Positions 13,801-26,337 of a stretch of DNA of 64,000 nt are shown here, one piece after another. A program made the translations under genes and the position numbers. Positions within the stretch are counted from its first letter, which is position 1. Every line of letters begins with the position of its first letter. The notes beneath the pieces were generated by a model, which saw only the letters and a list, made by a program, of their open reading frames with translations, searched no databases and was not told where the DNA came from. The DNA is taken from contig BDGG01000002.1 of NCBI GenBank assembly GCA_001949185.1, positions 5,756,448 to 5,820,447 of the forward strand, in the 5' to 3' direction. The DNA is from Ramazzottius varieornatus (Eukaryota > Animalia > Tardigrada).

Positions 13801-16800
13801 ATTCCATTAGAGAGCCGGAAATTCCGCATGTCTGATTTATCCTTGCCGTCACAATGCATGCTTGGATTTGGAGTTGAGTTGACTTCAAGTGAGAGAATCC
13901 AGGCCAACGATAACTCTTTACTTCTCAGCCATTCCCACACTCTCCATTTCGCCCAGGATGGAAGCTATACCGTCTGTCTGACGGGCAGTATAAAGCCGGA
14001 AAACCGGAAGCGGCCTCAGCTCATTAAGTAAATGGCACCGCGAAGGATAGCGGAAGAAGAAAATCACCGCAGAACTCTGAGGTTGAGTAGTTCCGTGTTC
14101 GTTTCTGCAAGCAGGTTTTCCCGGAGTTTCTTCAAACTAATAACCTGCGAGAACAAAAAGTTGGTTGTGCGTATACATGATCGACCACACCTCAGATACG
14201 ACAGTATATGTAGGTTCTTTGAAAGACCATATGGCGATATGATTAGAAAAACTTCTTCACCGGATCGATCTTACAGAAGGTCGAGCGAGTCTTCACGACG
14301 GTCAAGGTATATTTTTTCAGGGTAGAAAAATATTCTTGTCATTGGGAACAGGACCAACGGAGAGGGATCGTGCAAACAAAATTATTTGGACAAGCTAGCT
14401 ACGCCTTAATTTTTGAACCATCTGTATTGTATATTTTGATCAGGCTGCGCGTGATGGCGGGAGTTTCGAATGCAGGTGGAGAGGAAACGAAAACAGTCCA
14501 TGCGAGTAAAAAGAGGCACTTGACGCAGCCTCCGAGTGTTTCAACAGCCCTCGTGCCCACTCGAAGTAAAAATTTCCCTATCATCTTTTTTCAATGAATG
14601 CATTCCATATGACAGCTTCAAAGCACTAAAAAAGGAAGACTACAATCGATGCTACGCTTCATCATAATACAGCGGTAAAGTCCGTTTTCGCTGGCATACT
14701 CACTCCACAACTGCTGTATGGACACAATTTGCAGCAAACCATTCACCGCTTAATTCAAAGATTAATTGCTGGCAGTTCAACCACGCCCACAGCACACAAG
14801 GTGATAGGAAGGACCAAACGACGGTACTCTTGCGACCAAAACCCATCGATCTGAAGCACCATTTAACATCGCACAGCTAAAGAACCCAAATACTGCCAGT
14901 AAAGTTGCTTCAGCATGTGGAACAGACCAACCATACTTTTAAATAGACTGTGAAATTTGTTGACAAACAAGAAAACTTTCAAGGATGATATGGAAGCAAT
15001 CAAAAACAGCATCAAAAAGATCTATCCTGCCAATTGTGAACGCCAGTCGCTCAATGGTTTTTTCTCTCTGTACAGCAAAGGGATTTTCGAAGTGTCGGAC
15101 TCAGCGTGACTGTGTTATCTTGGTGTTATCAGCAGAGTATGCAAAAACCCGTCAACATCACAGATAAATTGTCCCCACCCTTTTCATCCCGTTTGATGTG
15201 TGGAAGCGTAGACTTAATCTTGGAGCTGGGTTTACGTCAAATTGCGGCATAGCAAATCGACATGATTAACACTTTACGCTTAAGTGCTTTGACATTGAAA
15301 CAAGAGCGGAGAAGAATACTCACTTGAATGGCCGAATCCACAAAACACCAATTGCAAGTCTCATCTAGGCAAAAAACACTTGGACTCTTGGGACAATAAC
15401 CACCAGCATATTTCCCGAGGACCGATAAAACAGATGAAAAGATTGCTGTCTAAAGAAAACAAAGGACCGGAATGGATATTACATAATGCAGTGCACGCCT
15501 CTCAATCTTGCCGATCGAACTGCGCGACTTCGAGGCTCGAGAAATTCCACTGTTCTCCGCACAATGCGCGTAAAATTTTCTTTCTGAAGTGCTGAACGCA
15601 TTCCGGATCTGACGTGCGTTGATGTATATATACAAGGCAAAAAAGGATCAAGTCAACACTTTGAATAATTCAGTTGTCTAGCTTCCATGTTCGAAATATA
15701 GCCGGTAGTGTACGAGTACGATCAGGAGGATCCAAGCTAGTCCTGCCCATTGACAACCGTCAAGGCTTCCGCACAAGTCTCCCAAGACACGCACCACACT
15801 GTCCGCCCATTAAATGCTTCGCAATTTATAACGACAAGCGATCAATACGTCTATGAAAAGGCCCATGATTATTCGGAACACTCAATAACGAAGCGCGGGT
15901 ATCTTCCAGAGGATACGCCGCGCAGTAGTCAATGAACCCTGAAGCAGCTGACACGACCCCAAGCACCACATACACACACAGAGCTTCTCCACAAAAATAG
16001 TTTGTTGGTAATTTTGCAAGCTGGAATGACTGTCGTATATCCCGTTCTTCAATGGAGAATCTCAGCGCGTCGAAAGTTGATTTGTTGTGGGTCGCGAACC
16101 CGAAGGTCGCCGAGGACCCAGCTCTCGCAACTCGCAAGCACCAGCCCATAGCGAGCGTTCGCATAAAACCGGCAAGACTTTCCCCGGTCTTCGAGCGGTC
16201 TTGAGGTCTCCTGCGTTGAGGACAGACATGAATTCGAGATTGGCGCTTAATGGATTTATGAAATTAGAATTCACGACCCATGGCACTTGACGTACTGGCA
16301 TTTGTGCCACTTGATCATAACGGTAGATGGCAATGTTTGCGTTTGATCGAAAGACTATCAAGTCTTGTTGACGTATGCGTATTGGATTGTCCACATTTCG
16401 GGACGGTCGGCAGTCGAAAAGATAATTAATCCATGTGGCCAAGGACGAAGTACGAAGGCGCATGCCAAAGCAGGCATTTTAAAGTTTCGAACGGGCACTA
16501 CGAATGTACAAAATCCTTCCATCTAGTTTTATTGCGCTGTCTGTCGGACGGCTAATGTTTACCAGAAGTCTTTAAAGTAAACATTGACTCAGGGAATATT
16601 TATTGGTTTAAACGGGCCGTTTTGACTCTAGTGGTATCCATCTCTCATTTGAATTGGAAGAAAGAGCAGTGGCAAAGCTCACTTTGGCAACGGTATACGA
16701 ATAACGACGTCTCTCTAAATGACTTTCCGTTCGTTGATTCTCCTGATGGAACCTCCGCAAAGGCATTCGCTAATGCATGAAATCCTCTAAACGACACAAA

Positions 16801-17925
16801 AGAGCATCACTAAACAGATCTGGCGGGATGCGGCTTCCGTAAACTTGAGTAGTGCGGTCGGGTTCGCCGCCCATATCCCGCTGATGAAGATTTATCTTCC
16901 GGCTAAGATCAGCTGGCGAACCTTCGAGACCGCGATATGACCTTTTCCGTCGAAAGTTCGCTGTGCGTAATTTGTCCCTTACACGTCCAGCATCTTGTCC
17001 TTTGTTGTCTTATTGAAAAGTCAGATTGCGAAAATTATTCTCCGAGACGTCAGAGTCAATAGGGCCACAAAGGAACAAACAAGCCTTGTTAGGATTAGAA
17101 AAAACCAGCATGAGGCGTCGATCGATGATATTTTGTGCGGACGGTGGTTCGTTGGCATTTGCGTAAAGGCTCATTTCTCTTTGAGAGCCAACTTGAAGAA
17201 GAAACACACACGCACATATGTGGAGCCAGGACAAACAACAGCAGAACCTCAAGAGAGATGCTCGACCTTCATGCTCATCAGCACCCTCCCGAGCAGTCCC
17301 CAGCTAACGACTGCAGGGAAAGACTTCCTAGTCAGGCCGAGCGAAGCGAGGCCCTCTTAAGTCTGTCGAGATATCAATGGACGATCAGATTGTTCGAGCT
17401 TTCACATATCGCAACCTCTGTACTGAAAACAAATGCGTAACTTGATCCGGGCAACAGAAATTGTTTACTCGCAAGTGCAACGCAACGCAGTAGAAATGTG
17501 TGGCCTATAATCTTTTGCCTCCTTCGCTCGGCCTTCCCAGTGGTCAGAACCACTAGCTAGTTCCTACTCCAAGAAGAACGCTACTTGCATATTTCGAACT
17601 GTAAGGAGAACATGAAGAGAAGCAAAGAGTCTCTGCACCGAGAACTGAGGAAAGTCGACATTTGAGACGAAGGACGGAGAAATTGATGGCCTCACAACTG
17701 GACAGAACCTTAGAAAGAGTCGCAAACTAGAAAAACCACTCGAAAAATAGACAAGGCAAACTGTTAGTAAGGCACCTGCGGTTGAAGCAGAGTTCGGGCC
17801 GGGAACGAGTGACTATCTTACAAGAACGACAGAAGGCTTCAAAAACTCATGATCACGTACTTGAAAATATAGATGCCTCTTTCTGCTACGTGCATGTTCT
17901 CCGAAGGCGAAGTCTTCATGTACTT

Positions 17926-18290
17926 TCAGCTCCACTCACGCTGCATTGCGATGAGAACTTTAGCGTCCATTCTTGGCCCGAAGAGTGGATTCAGCTGGCA
18001 CAGATACGCCACAAGCCAACTACAACAAGCAAAACAAAACGATTGCAATCTCTTCCCGCTGCGAAAAGAACAGAGGGCTCTCCTACAACATGTAGCAGCA
18101 AACGGCTGTCAGCACTAGCATAGTTCGGACGAGCCTACGAGGAACGACAATATTTGGTCACATAGGAGATGCATAGAGAAGCAGTCTTAACTCACCCTCG
18201 ATCCGTATTCCGAGGAACTAAGAATGGACCAAGCCCTCCAATCGCGGCCCAAAACAACGTTACAACGATCATAGGAACTTCGATACCCAT
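17926..18290 (-). CDS. ATP6V0E: V-type proton ATPase V0 subunit e
   Basis: Three exons: MGIEVPMIVVTLFWAAIGGLGPFLVPRNTDRG|LVRTMLVLTAVCCYMF|WLVAYLCQLNPLFGPRMDAKVLIAMQREWS*; QLNPLFGP signature. Confidence 0.93.
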
Positions 18291-18937
18291 GGCTACTGTC
18301 GATTTCGACTTCGAATATCCTAGTGAAGAGACGGACAGTGGTCTTTCTTGTTCTCGCGGTGCGCCTGTAAAGAAAAATATACCATCAGTCGGTTTCTACT
18401 CAGTCGGACAACAGATCGAAAGATACGAAATTCGCAGAAGATACTCAAGAGCTATTCTAATCTCGAGACACGAATCGCACTGGTCTCTAACTTCAGAGAC
18501 ATCCTGTTTCCTTGCAGTGTGGATCACATGATGTTCGAAGTGTCAGTCAAAGCCAGCTAGCCGTAAACTCACCTTCATACACACAAAAAACCCTGAGTAC
18601 AAATGACTTACGTGTTCCGCAGCCGCGTGGATCTGAGCGAGGAGGGAAGTTGAAGGGTGGGGAGTATCCGGAGAAGGAAACTATTTCAGAAGAGAACGGG
18701 CAAAACTCGACGAAGGAAACCTCAAACTGGATGCACTGTTTGATTACGAAGTTTGCGATAAACAAATAATCTGGTGAGGGCCTGCACTGCGTAATTTAGT
18801 AAGTCAGGTAATTCTTGTAACAGGCACACAATAGTTTTGACAAAGTATCAATAGTTTTAAAAACCCGAGAAATCTATCATCTGTATTACCAAGATCCGCA
18901 GTTCATTCCCACTTGATGTTTTGCCTTGCATGAGAGA

Positions 18938-20856
18938 TCAGCAAGACCGGGCGGACCGCAAACAGCGGCGGACTCGTGCATGGATGTGTTCAACTACAGT
19001 GACGAAGCTAGCCGCCATTAGACCGAGGAACCAAAGAACTAATATAGCAGAAAAATCAGTAAGTGTAAAAGAGCTAAAAGACGATTCTGAGCTGGAAGAA
19101 AACAAACGAGGAATACATTTTCGAACTTTATACCGAAGTTTGAACATATTGAAGAAGTTGTTGTCGGTCTTCGTCTCGCCGGTGCGAAATCTGGCGACAT
19201 CTCTGCAAAAGAAATCGCCTGAAACAATCCCGCTTATTCTGTATGTACAGTTAAAAAGAACTTACACTTTTACAAAGGCGGACCTTAACGAAGAGTTTTT
19301 AGGAAACACCAACCCGGAAACCATTGATGAGAAAAGGTTCGGAATGGCGATCATCAGTCCGCACGATATTTCCGCGAGCTCGTGGTACGAGTCTGAGCTC
19401 AAAAGAACGGCAACCTTTCCGGACTCTAGCTTCTTCACTACGAAGCCGTTGTATTTGTCAGGCGGTACATCCACGATGGGTATGAGTTTCGCCCCAATAC
19501 TCTGGTACGCAGGCTTTCGATGCGACTGGAAAGAAAAATAGCACCTAAATATTACTACGCGTACGGGTTCGCCAGGTCCATAGAGCTACTGTACGCACAA
19601 CGAACTAGGAAGCTGATGAGCTTTACCTGCAGAAGAGATTTTATGTTGGGCGTGCCGTATATTGTGAAGTCAGACTTGTCTAGTTCTTCCATCGACTCGA
19701 AAGGGACCGCTTGCTGTCGGGAGGTTGTTAACACGGAAGGCAGTTGCGATGAGAAGAGGTTTGTGATGATGATCGTCCAAAGAAGCCACACCGTACCCAG
19801 GTACAATTGAGGTCTGCTGGCGGAAGCGGTGTTCAGCGTCATGTCATCTGCAAAATACCATCTGCAAAATACCATCTGCTTCTTTCGAAAATTACCAGCG
19901 AAGTAAAGCACCCGTACATGTGTTTATGGAAGACCCAAGTAGCTCCATTGGCCATTTGAGAAACTCGTGAGCGAAAGATCCCGTGCGCGTTCCGTGCGAG
20001 CGAACTCTTGTCCGAAGGACACCTGACAAACTTAGCAGAACGGTGTAAATGATGAAGAGAGTCATAGCGATACCCCAGACCGGAGGGGACAAAAGTTTGA
20101 CCAGTGACTCCAACAGAGAAGTTGAGCGGTCGAAGTAGGCATTTTTCTCATGAATAAGAACGTCGAACGACCTGGTGAAGAGCGACGGATGAAGGTCAAA
20201 ACGGGCCGCTCGATCAGAGTTGATGGAGTACGCAGCAACTCCAATCTGCGCCTTCCCTACGAATGGACCAGTAGAGAAAGATGAATTGGATGGAAAGTAC
20301 TCAACACACTCTTCGTGCTACTTCGAACATCAACTTACCTGATACCAGATCTCCGAGGACACCATTCAGCGAATCGTTCGGAGACAGTCCGAAAGGGGCG
20401 AGGTAGACTTTACACCTGGAAGTAAGAGATGCCGTGGTTTATCCAGTAGTAGCAAGATTACCTCAATCTTACGAAAGAATTTTTGCACAGCAGATCGTTT
20501 ACGTACCTGAAGTGGAGCTCGTAACAAATGGCTTGCAAGTTTTTCATCAGGGTTCCTGTCAGGTTATGTCTTTCGCTCATATCGCAACATTTACCGATGA
20601 TCAGCGGCTCATGCTACAGGAGAAGAGCCGATGGGGTAACGAGGAATCAGGGATATTGTAATACTGTGTACAGTTTCGAAAAATATGCGCCTGATCTACG
20701 TACCGGAAATGCAGAGGCCCAGACGATACGCGCTGACGTGTTGGCAAGATCGCCAATATCGAATGTGATATTCTCCCGATCCCATTCCGCATTCAGCCAC
20801 GCGCCTGGGATATGCATCATGGGCGAACTGCTGTTCACCGTGCACGATCTCAACAT
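18938..20856 (-). CDS. Divergent ionotropic receptor (iGluR/IR family, no amino-terminal domain); start uncertain
   Basis: S1 lobe SLNGVLGDLVSGKAQIGVAAYSINSDRAARFDL; pre-M1/M1 LLSPPVWGIAMTLFIIY; M3 VWLLWTIIITNLFSSQLPSVLTT then PFESMEEL; GLVFPKNSSLR; M4 TLTDFSAILVLWFLGLMAASFVTVVE. Confidence 0.85.
19845..19879. repeat. 14-bp tandem repeat (2.5 copies) spanning an IR 3' splice site
   Basis: catctgcaaaatac catctgcaaaatac catctgc. Confidence 0.9.
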
Positions 20857-21089
20857 TGAAAGGCCGAAAGACTCAGAAGGAGAAGAAAAACCCACACCGG
20901 AAATGTGTAAGTAGAAGCTTTATCAGCTGGCACGAACTCAACGACCAGCAAGTACTGTATATCAACCGGAAATAAACCCTGAAAAGTCAAAATTAATGAC
21001 GAGAGTACATCCTGAGAACCCAACAAAATGACCGAAAAACCACATATTAAATGACACAAGAAAACACGATTGAGCTCAGTGAGGAAGTC

Positions 21090-23021
21090 CTATCTATCTA
21101 CTGTTGACTTGAAGTCGGTGAATATGTCAAAAAATGGGAAAGCCGCATTAGCCGGGCTCACTAGATCTGTCAAAAAGCAAACAGCGCCGGATACTCCTTC
21201 AAACAACCTGCAAACAGAAACCATATCAACGTCCAATATTTCCCTCTGCATGTATGTTTGCTGAAATCAAATATCTTACGAGTAAGGGTTGTCTGGTGTC
21301 CGTGATTTGTCCAGGACACTCGGGAGGAACTGGAAGTCGGCAAAGCAGTGAGCCCGATACAGATACATCTCGTTGCCCGTCAATCGATACATCAGCAGGA
21401 ACGGATAGCCATTCCCGGATATTCCATGACAGATACCAGAGCCTAATCAAATAACCATCAGCTTCTATACTCTTCCGCGTACAATGAAGGCTACCTTGAA
21501 CTCGAAGAAAGGTATCAACACAACACGTGACTTACCTTTACGCAAGAGTCCTTTCCGCCAGATGAGCTCTGAGCAGCGTCCACATGCTTCCAGGTAAGTC
21601 TTGTCGTTCCAAAACAAGTACGCTTTTGCAAGCATGTAGATCACACCTGTCGACAACAGAAACAGAGTAATCACTCAAAGTGCCAGCTCCATATGGATCA
21701 CGAAATAATGAGCTACAACGTACCTGGTGCGCCGTGACACCAATGGACGAGGTCCTCCCTATCAGTTTCACCGAAGGTTGCCGGGAAATTTCCGTTTGTT
21801 AGTTGCTGACATAGAACGTAGTCGACACTTTTCCGGACATCATTCTCGGCACCTCGAACAGACAGCAGAGCTTCCGGAAAGCAGAGAAGAATCTGGAGGA
21901 TAGCGGAGATGCCGTGCGCTGCGCCTAAGAATGGAAAAATCAGCTAAGAGACCGCACGTTTCCACTACAAAGCATCCTATAATTAAGTCACCTAAGTAAT
22001 CAGTTCCATAATGGTAGAAGTACAGCGGACAGGTATCCTGCAGCTTCTTCTTTTTACTGTAATGCCGCCCGGAGAGCACTACAGCTTCAACTATCTTTCC
22101 CACATCCACATGCGACAAGACCTACAACAGGGAAATTCAGTGAATTCCACGGAGAAAAGTAGCCTACTATAAAGGATATTTCAACCTTGTTATTGGGGAA
22201 AGCCTTCCACAGCTCCAAAAGTCCAGCAAGGTAGCCGACACGCCCAGCAAACATCTCGTCACCTGTAGAGTCCTTGACTTTTAAGGTATCCACTGTGACG
22301 CAAATCTTCACGTACTCCTGGAGACAGTCTTCCGCCTTCTCCAAGTTACCAACACTTTTGTAGAATATCGCCGATACAACCAGAACGCCGGGATCGCCGG
22401 TGAGAAAACCCTGTAACTAACATCTTAACAACTGTTCTTCAAAATTCGTAGACATGGTAAAAAGATGACTTATAAAGCATCGAACAACACCTGTTCTCGG
22501 TTTCGGTGTCGTAAAGCAGAGTCTAGGCATCGGTCTGCCAAACGCAGGGCCATCTGCCGATTAGCTTCCTCCAGGTTTTGAGTCGACAGGCGGTGACACG
22601 CGTAAGCGACCCCCGCCGTGCCTGTATAAATGTCAATCTCCGTATGGCCCAGGTTTACACCGCTAAAGTAATGGTAGATATCCCGGAGGAGCCCCAGTGC
22701 GTCTTCCAGATACTGAGAGGGGTCGCGCAGTGGCATGCCAGAGTATTCCGGGAAGGGGTTCTCGAAGTACCGATGGTGAAGGTGACGAGGTTCCGGAACA
22801 TTTTGGAAACGTGCAGGTATCTTATCTGCACATCATACAAAAACATACGAGTGTTCTGGGATAGGCACGAATGTGTATCCATATTTGAACCTCAATCGTC
22901 AAAATGTGAAACTAACAGGCACAAAATTCGATTACAGTTTACCTGAGCCACCTCGCAAATCCTCGCTGTGCGAATGCCGCTGATCAGGATGGTGAACGCC
23001 TCCCTCGCTGGAGAAGTCCAT
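21090..23021 (-). CDS. LANCL3: LanC-like protein (LANCL3-like)
   Basis: RYFENPF, DIYTGTAGVAY, DEMFAGRVGYL, YLGAAHGISAIL, LVHWCHGAPG, GICHGISGNGY, TPDNPYSLFEG motifs over ~8 exons; paralog assignment tentative. Confidence 0.9.
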
Positions 23022-23290
23022 GCTGGATAAGTTCACGGTAGAAGGATGTCCGATGTCGGTCACAGGGACGGGCTGTAACCTAAAACCACTTGCCAGATAA
23101 ACAAAATTTCTACGGTTTGTCCTCAAGGATTCTAGGTGCAATATACAGCAGCGCGTGACCGACCGATATATGCTGAAAATGCCAGAGTGTGTTGGGCTAA
23201 GGCTTCGTTTGAGGGCAATTTCTTGGCGTTCAAGCAGGAGATCTGGCCAGCAATCTCTCTTTCTAGGTTCATCGTAAAGTGTGGTGAGAC

Positions 23291-23851
23291 ATGCCCGTGC
23301 ATCGTTGTGGACGAACTCTTCTTCTGAAGCAGTAAGTGCTTGTTTCGCGTTGGAGGAACAAAAACAGTTGAAGCCATCGAGGATTCAGAAGAGCCTGTTT
23401 CTAAGAACTACAGGAACCTGTTCCAAATAACCAGTAACCTTGATAACTGTCAGCTGGTGAGAAGCACAATCCGGGTCGTTGACGAGGGAGTCACAATCCT
23501 TGTTGTAATCTCTTAGAACATCCTGAATCGTTTCCAAAATTCATTAGAGTAACTTAGTATTTCAAGAGGTCCGTCGGTGTGTATGGAAAATGAGGAACGA
23601 GAGGAACAAGAGGAACGATGTGCAGTCGCAGGTGTTTCCAAGGATATCCGGCTCAACAAGCGCAACCGAAAGAAGAGCCTCAACCTCCTTCCCTTTTGGA
23701 AGCATATGTAGTTGAGTACAGAACACAGTACCTCGTACAACAGATGAGACGAACGACCAAGTCGGAAACAGCCGGAAGCTCCGAAGTTGGAAGTTGGAAG
23801 TTGGATCACGGAAGCAAATACCCGTACAGACACACCAGTAGCAATGATTAA
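23291..23851 (+). CDS. Possible small two-exon orphan protein (~87 aa)
   Basis: ATG 23291, donor gtaagt at 23332 and acceptor tcgcag ending 23630 are phase-compatible, giving MPVHRCGRTLLLKQCFQGYPAQQAQPKEEPQPPSLLEAY...; no homology recognised. Confidence 0.25.
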
Positions 23852-24311
23852 CGCTTCTGCGTTTGCGAAAACTCAGACATTCAGATTCAAATTCAATGTT
23901 ACTCCAGTAAATACGTATTACTATTACGTAATCTATCGGCCAGTCTTGATTCAGGCTATTGTTGATTAAGGTGGTGTAGATGCTTACGCTTGATTTAATG
24001 ATCCACGGTATCCGAGTTAGAATCCGTCCATACAGTGTTTGACAAAGAACTAAAACTTTACCCGCTTTTTAGATTTTGTGCTCCTTTTTATTTAGGTAAC
24101 TATTTGCTTACTAGTGCTTGCTCTTTTTCTTGCTCGTCCTTAGTCCACGTTTGCTGCGCTTCGGGGTCTGACCGTGTCTCTACTCTCCAAAAAGGTCTGC
24201 TCAAGGCGCATAAGGATATCTTGAATGGCACCTGCGTGGAAGGAGGTATGCATGTAAGTAGGCACTGGGAGCACACCAGCTTGCCGTTGGAGTTTCGTAA
24301 AGTCATCAATT

Positions 24312-25756
24312 ATGGACAAATCGTTTGTCGATCCCGAACGGGAAGCCTTGAGAGCTATCGGGCTAGGCTATAACTACATATCGTTACAGGACCAGGTATG
24401 TCGACCGTAACAACTTTACTGCTCTGAAACGTACTGAATTTGACCAAGGCGAAAGCAGCCTAATATTAATAGCTGCTCTTGCAGGTTGAGAAAATTATCA
24501 CGGAAGCCGTGCAGCAGGTTCTGCCCGTCGAAACCGAAGACGAGTGTTTCACTCCGAGGAAACCAAGATATTCTGTGGTAAGTTTAAAGTTGCAACTAGC
24601 TACTTCTTAAGCCAACTAACTAGATACTGCTTAAGCCAACTTACTTTCTGGAGATGCTAACGGCGTTTGCCATTTAGGACACCAGTTGCACCATCCAGTT
24701 TGACAATGCTTGGCAGCGTATCGTCACGGAGAAACGGAGGGGGAAAGAAGCGGTGGAAAAAGCCACAGCTGCTGCCCAGGTAGGAAGGTGTCCATCTTCA
24801 AAACTTATGGTGGTTAGTATGTTGGACCAATTCTGCCTTGGCAGGAAGCTGCAGTCTTGACCAGACTCATCGATCTCTACGTTGCTACCATTGAAGCTGT
24901 AAAGGCTGTCGCCGAATCTATTCCTGTAAGTTTTTACTTGCCTGTAGCATCCTTTGCATATTGTCAGCTTGTCCCCGTATATTTTCCGAGGTAAAGTTCT
25001 CTTTGTTCAGGACCCCAAACCCAAAGAGGTGCCGAAGCGTGTGATATCGGAAGCTAGCAATTATCACAAACGCAAAAGTGTTGCCACTCGTACGGCCGGC
25101 AGAGCTAGCACTGTTCTCACCGCCAACCGTATCAATCGCAAGATGAACCTATCGAACAATTACTACAAACCAGGAAAAGCGAAAGGTACTTGATCTAAGC
25201 TGATTTCAGCGTTTGCTGGTATACATTGTCGTGAAACTGCGTGTCTGAGAACGCTATCCACTGTCCACTTGCTTTTCATATTATTGTTTGTGGTGCTGCA
25301 GTTCCGCCGCCAAAACCGGAACCTCGACCGATCACTGAGGAAGAATTCGACAAAGTGTCTACTCTGATCCGTGGACGGTCGAAGCTTGTTGACGTGAACA
25401 AGGCCTATGATGTACTGTACTCCGCCTTTTTCGATGAGGAAATGTAAGTGGATGGAAGCTAGGGTGGTCCGGTACTCTACATGTGATAAGTACGCTGCGT
25501 GCTGCTAATTTATGGTTACGTCCATGACTATTTTTTGTTTTTAGGGAGAAGATCAAGCTGTCGGAACTAGCGAAACGTGGGATCGGTGTGTCTGGCATGA
25601 CGGAGAAGGCAAAGCTGAAGGTAAAACAAATCCCTGCTTGTGATTGCGGGATCAAACTGCGATAATGAGGAGGTGTTTCATGTGTAGGTCTTACGTCAGA
25701 CAGGACGAATTCGGATTTCCGCCGACGAGAATTTCATCTTCCCGGCGGATATGTAA
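24312..25756 (+). CDS. SKA2: Spindle and kinetochore-associated (SKA2-like) protein with Ska1-like C-terminal domain
   Basis: Eight exons in frame; C-terminus RPITEEEFDKVSTLIRGRSKLVDVNKAYDVL...KLSELAKRGIGVSGMTEKAKLKVLRQTGRIRI resembles the Ska microtubule-binding domain; helical N-terminus. Confidence 0.65.
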
Positions 25757-26337
25757 GTACAGTGACGACGTCGCACCGCCCACCATTCACGTATCCCTTT
25801 TCAATACTCTATATTTATATTCAATAGGAAGCTTTATATTCCAAAATGATGTTTTTACCCAGAGAATTTTCGCCATGAGATTTTCTATAAATGTGTCGAA
25901 TAGAACATGGTAGTGGTTTTCGACTTTCGAGTAGCGCGCGCCGAGTCTTCCGCCACCCGGGAAGTGTGCCGTTTTATCAAAGTACGTTATGATTGATCAC
26001 CTTGCTTAAAGTGGTCTCATCCAAGTTATGCTCTCACTACTCTACGATCCGCATAATTAAATATCAATGCAGACCAATGAAGTTCATATTGCACCATTTT
26101 GCTGATATGAGAGGGCATATTAGAAAACCCATCTTTCGATACTGTACTGAATGTCCGTGTGGTGTTGCGCAGAAGGTCAGTTGGCGGTCGGGGTTGCTAA
26201 TGTCCGTATGGTGGTTGCCGTGTTTGCAGGTCGTCAAGTGAACGATGAGAAAACTATTTTTGCAAATTCTGAACTGGAGAAACGCCTTTGTTCTTACTCC
26301 TAACTCAAATCTCACTCGTCGTACTTCAGATACTAGT

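Noticed and set aside
16880-16925. CTGATGA hammerhead core
   Set aside because: No correctly placed stem II/GAAA or stem III
17672-17681. 10-nt complement to miR-184 positions 2-11 downstream of the V-ATPase e stop
   Set aside because: Single short match found after scanning many miRNAs; UTR extent unknown
18921-19541. 206-aa plus-strand ORF and many similar track ORFs (e.g. 18169-18531, 35112-35456, 42919-43305)
   Set aside because: Antisense shadows of real coding exons
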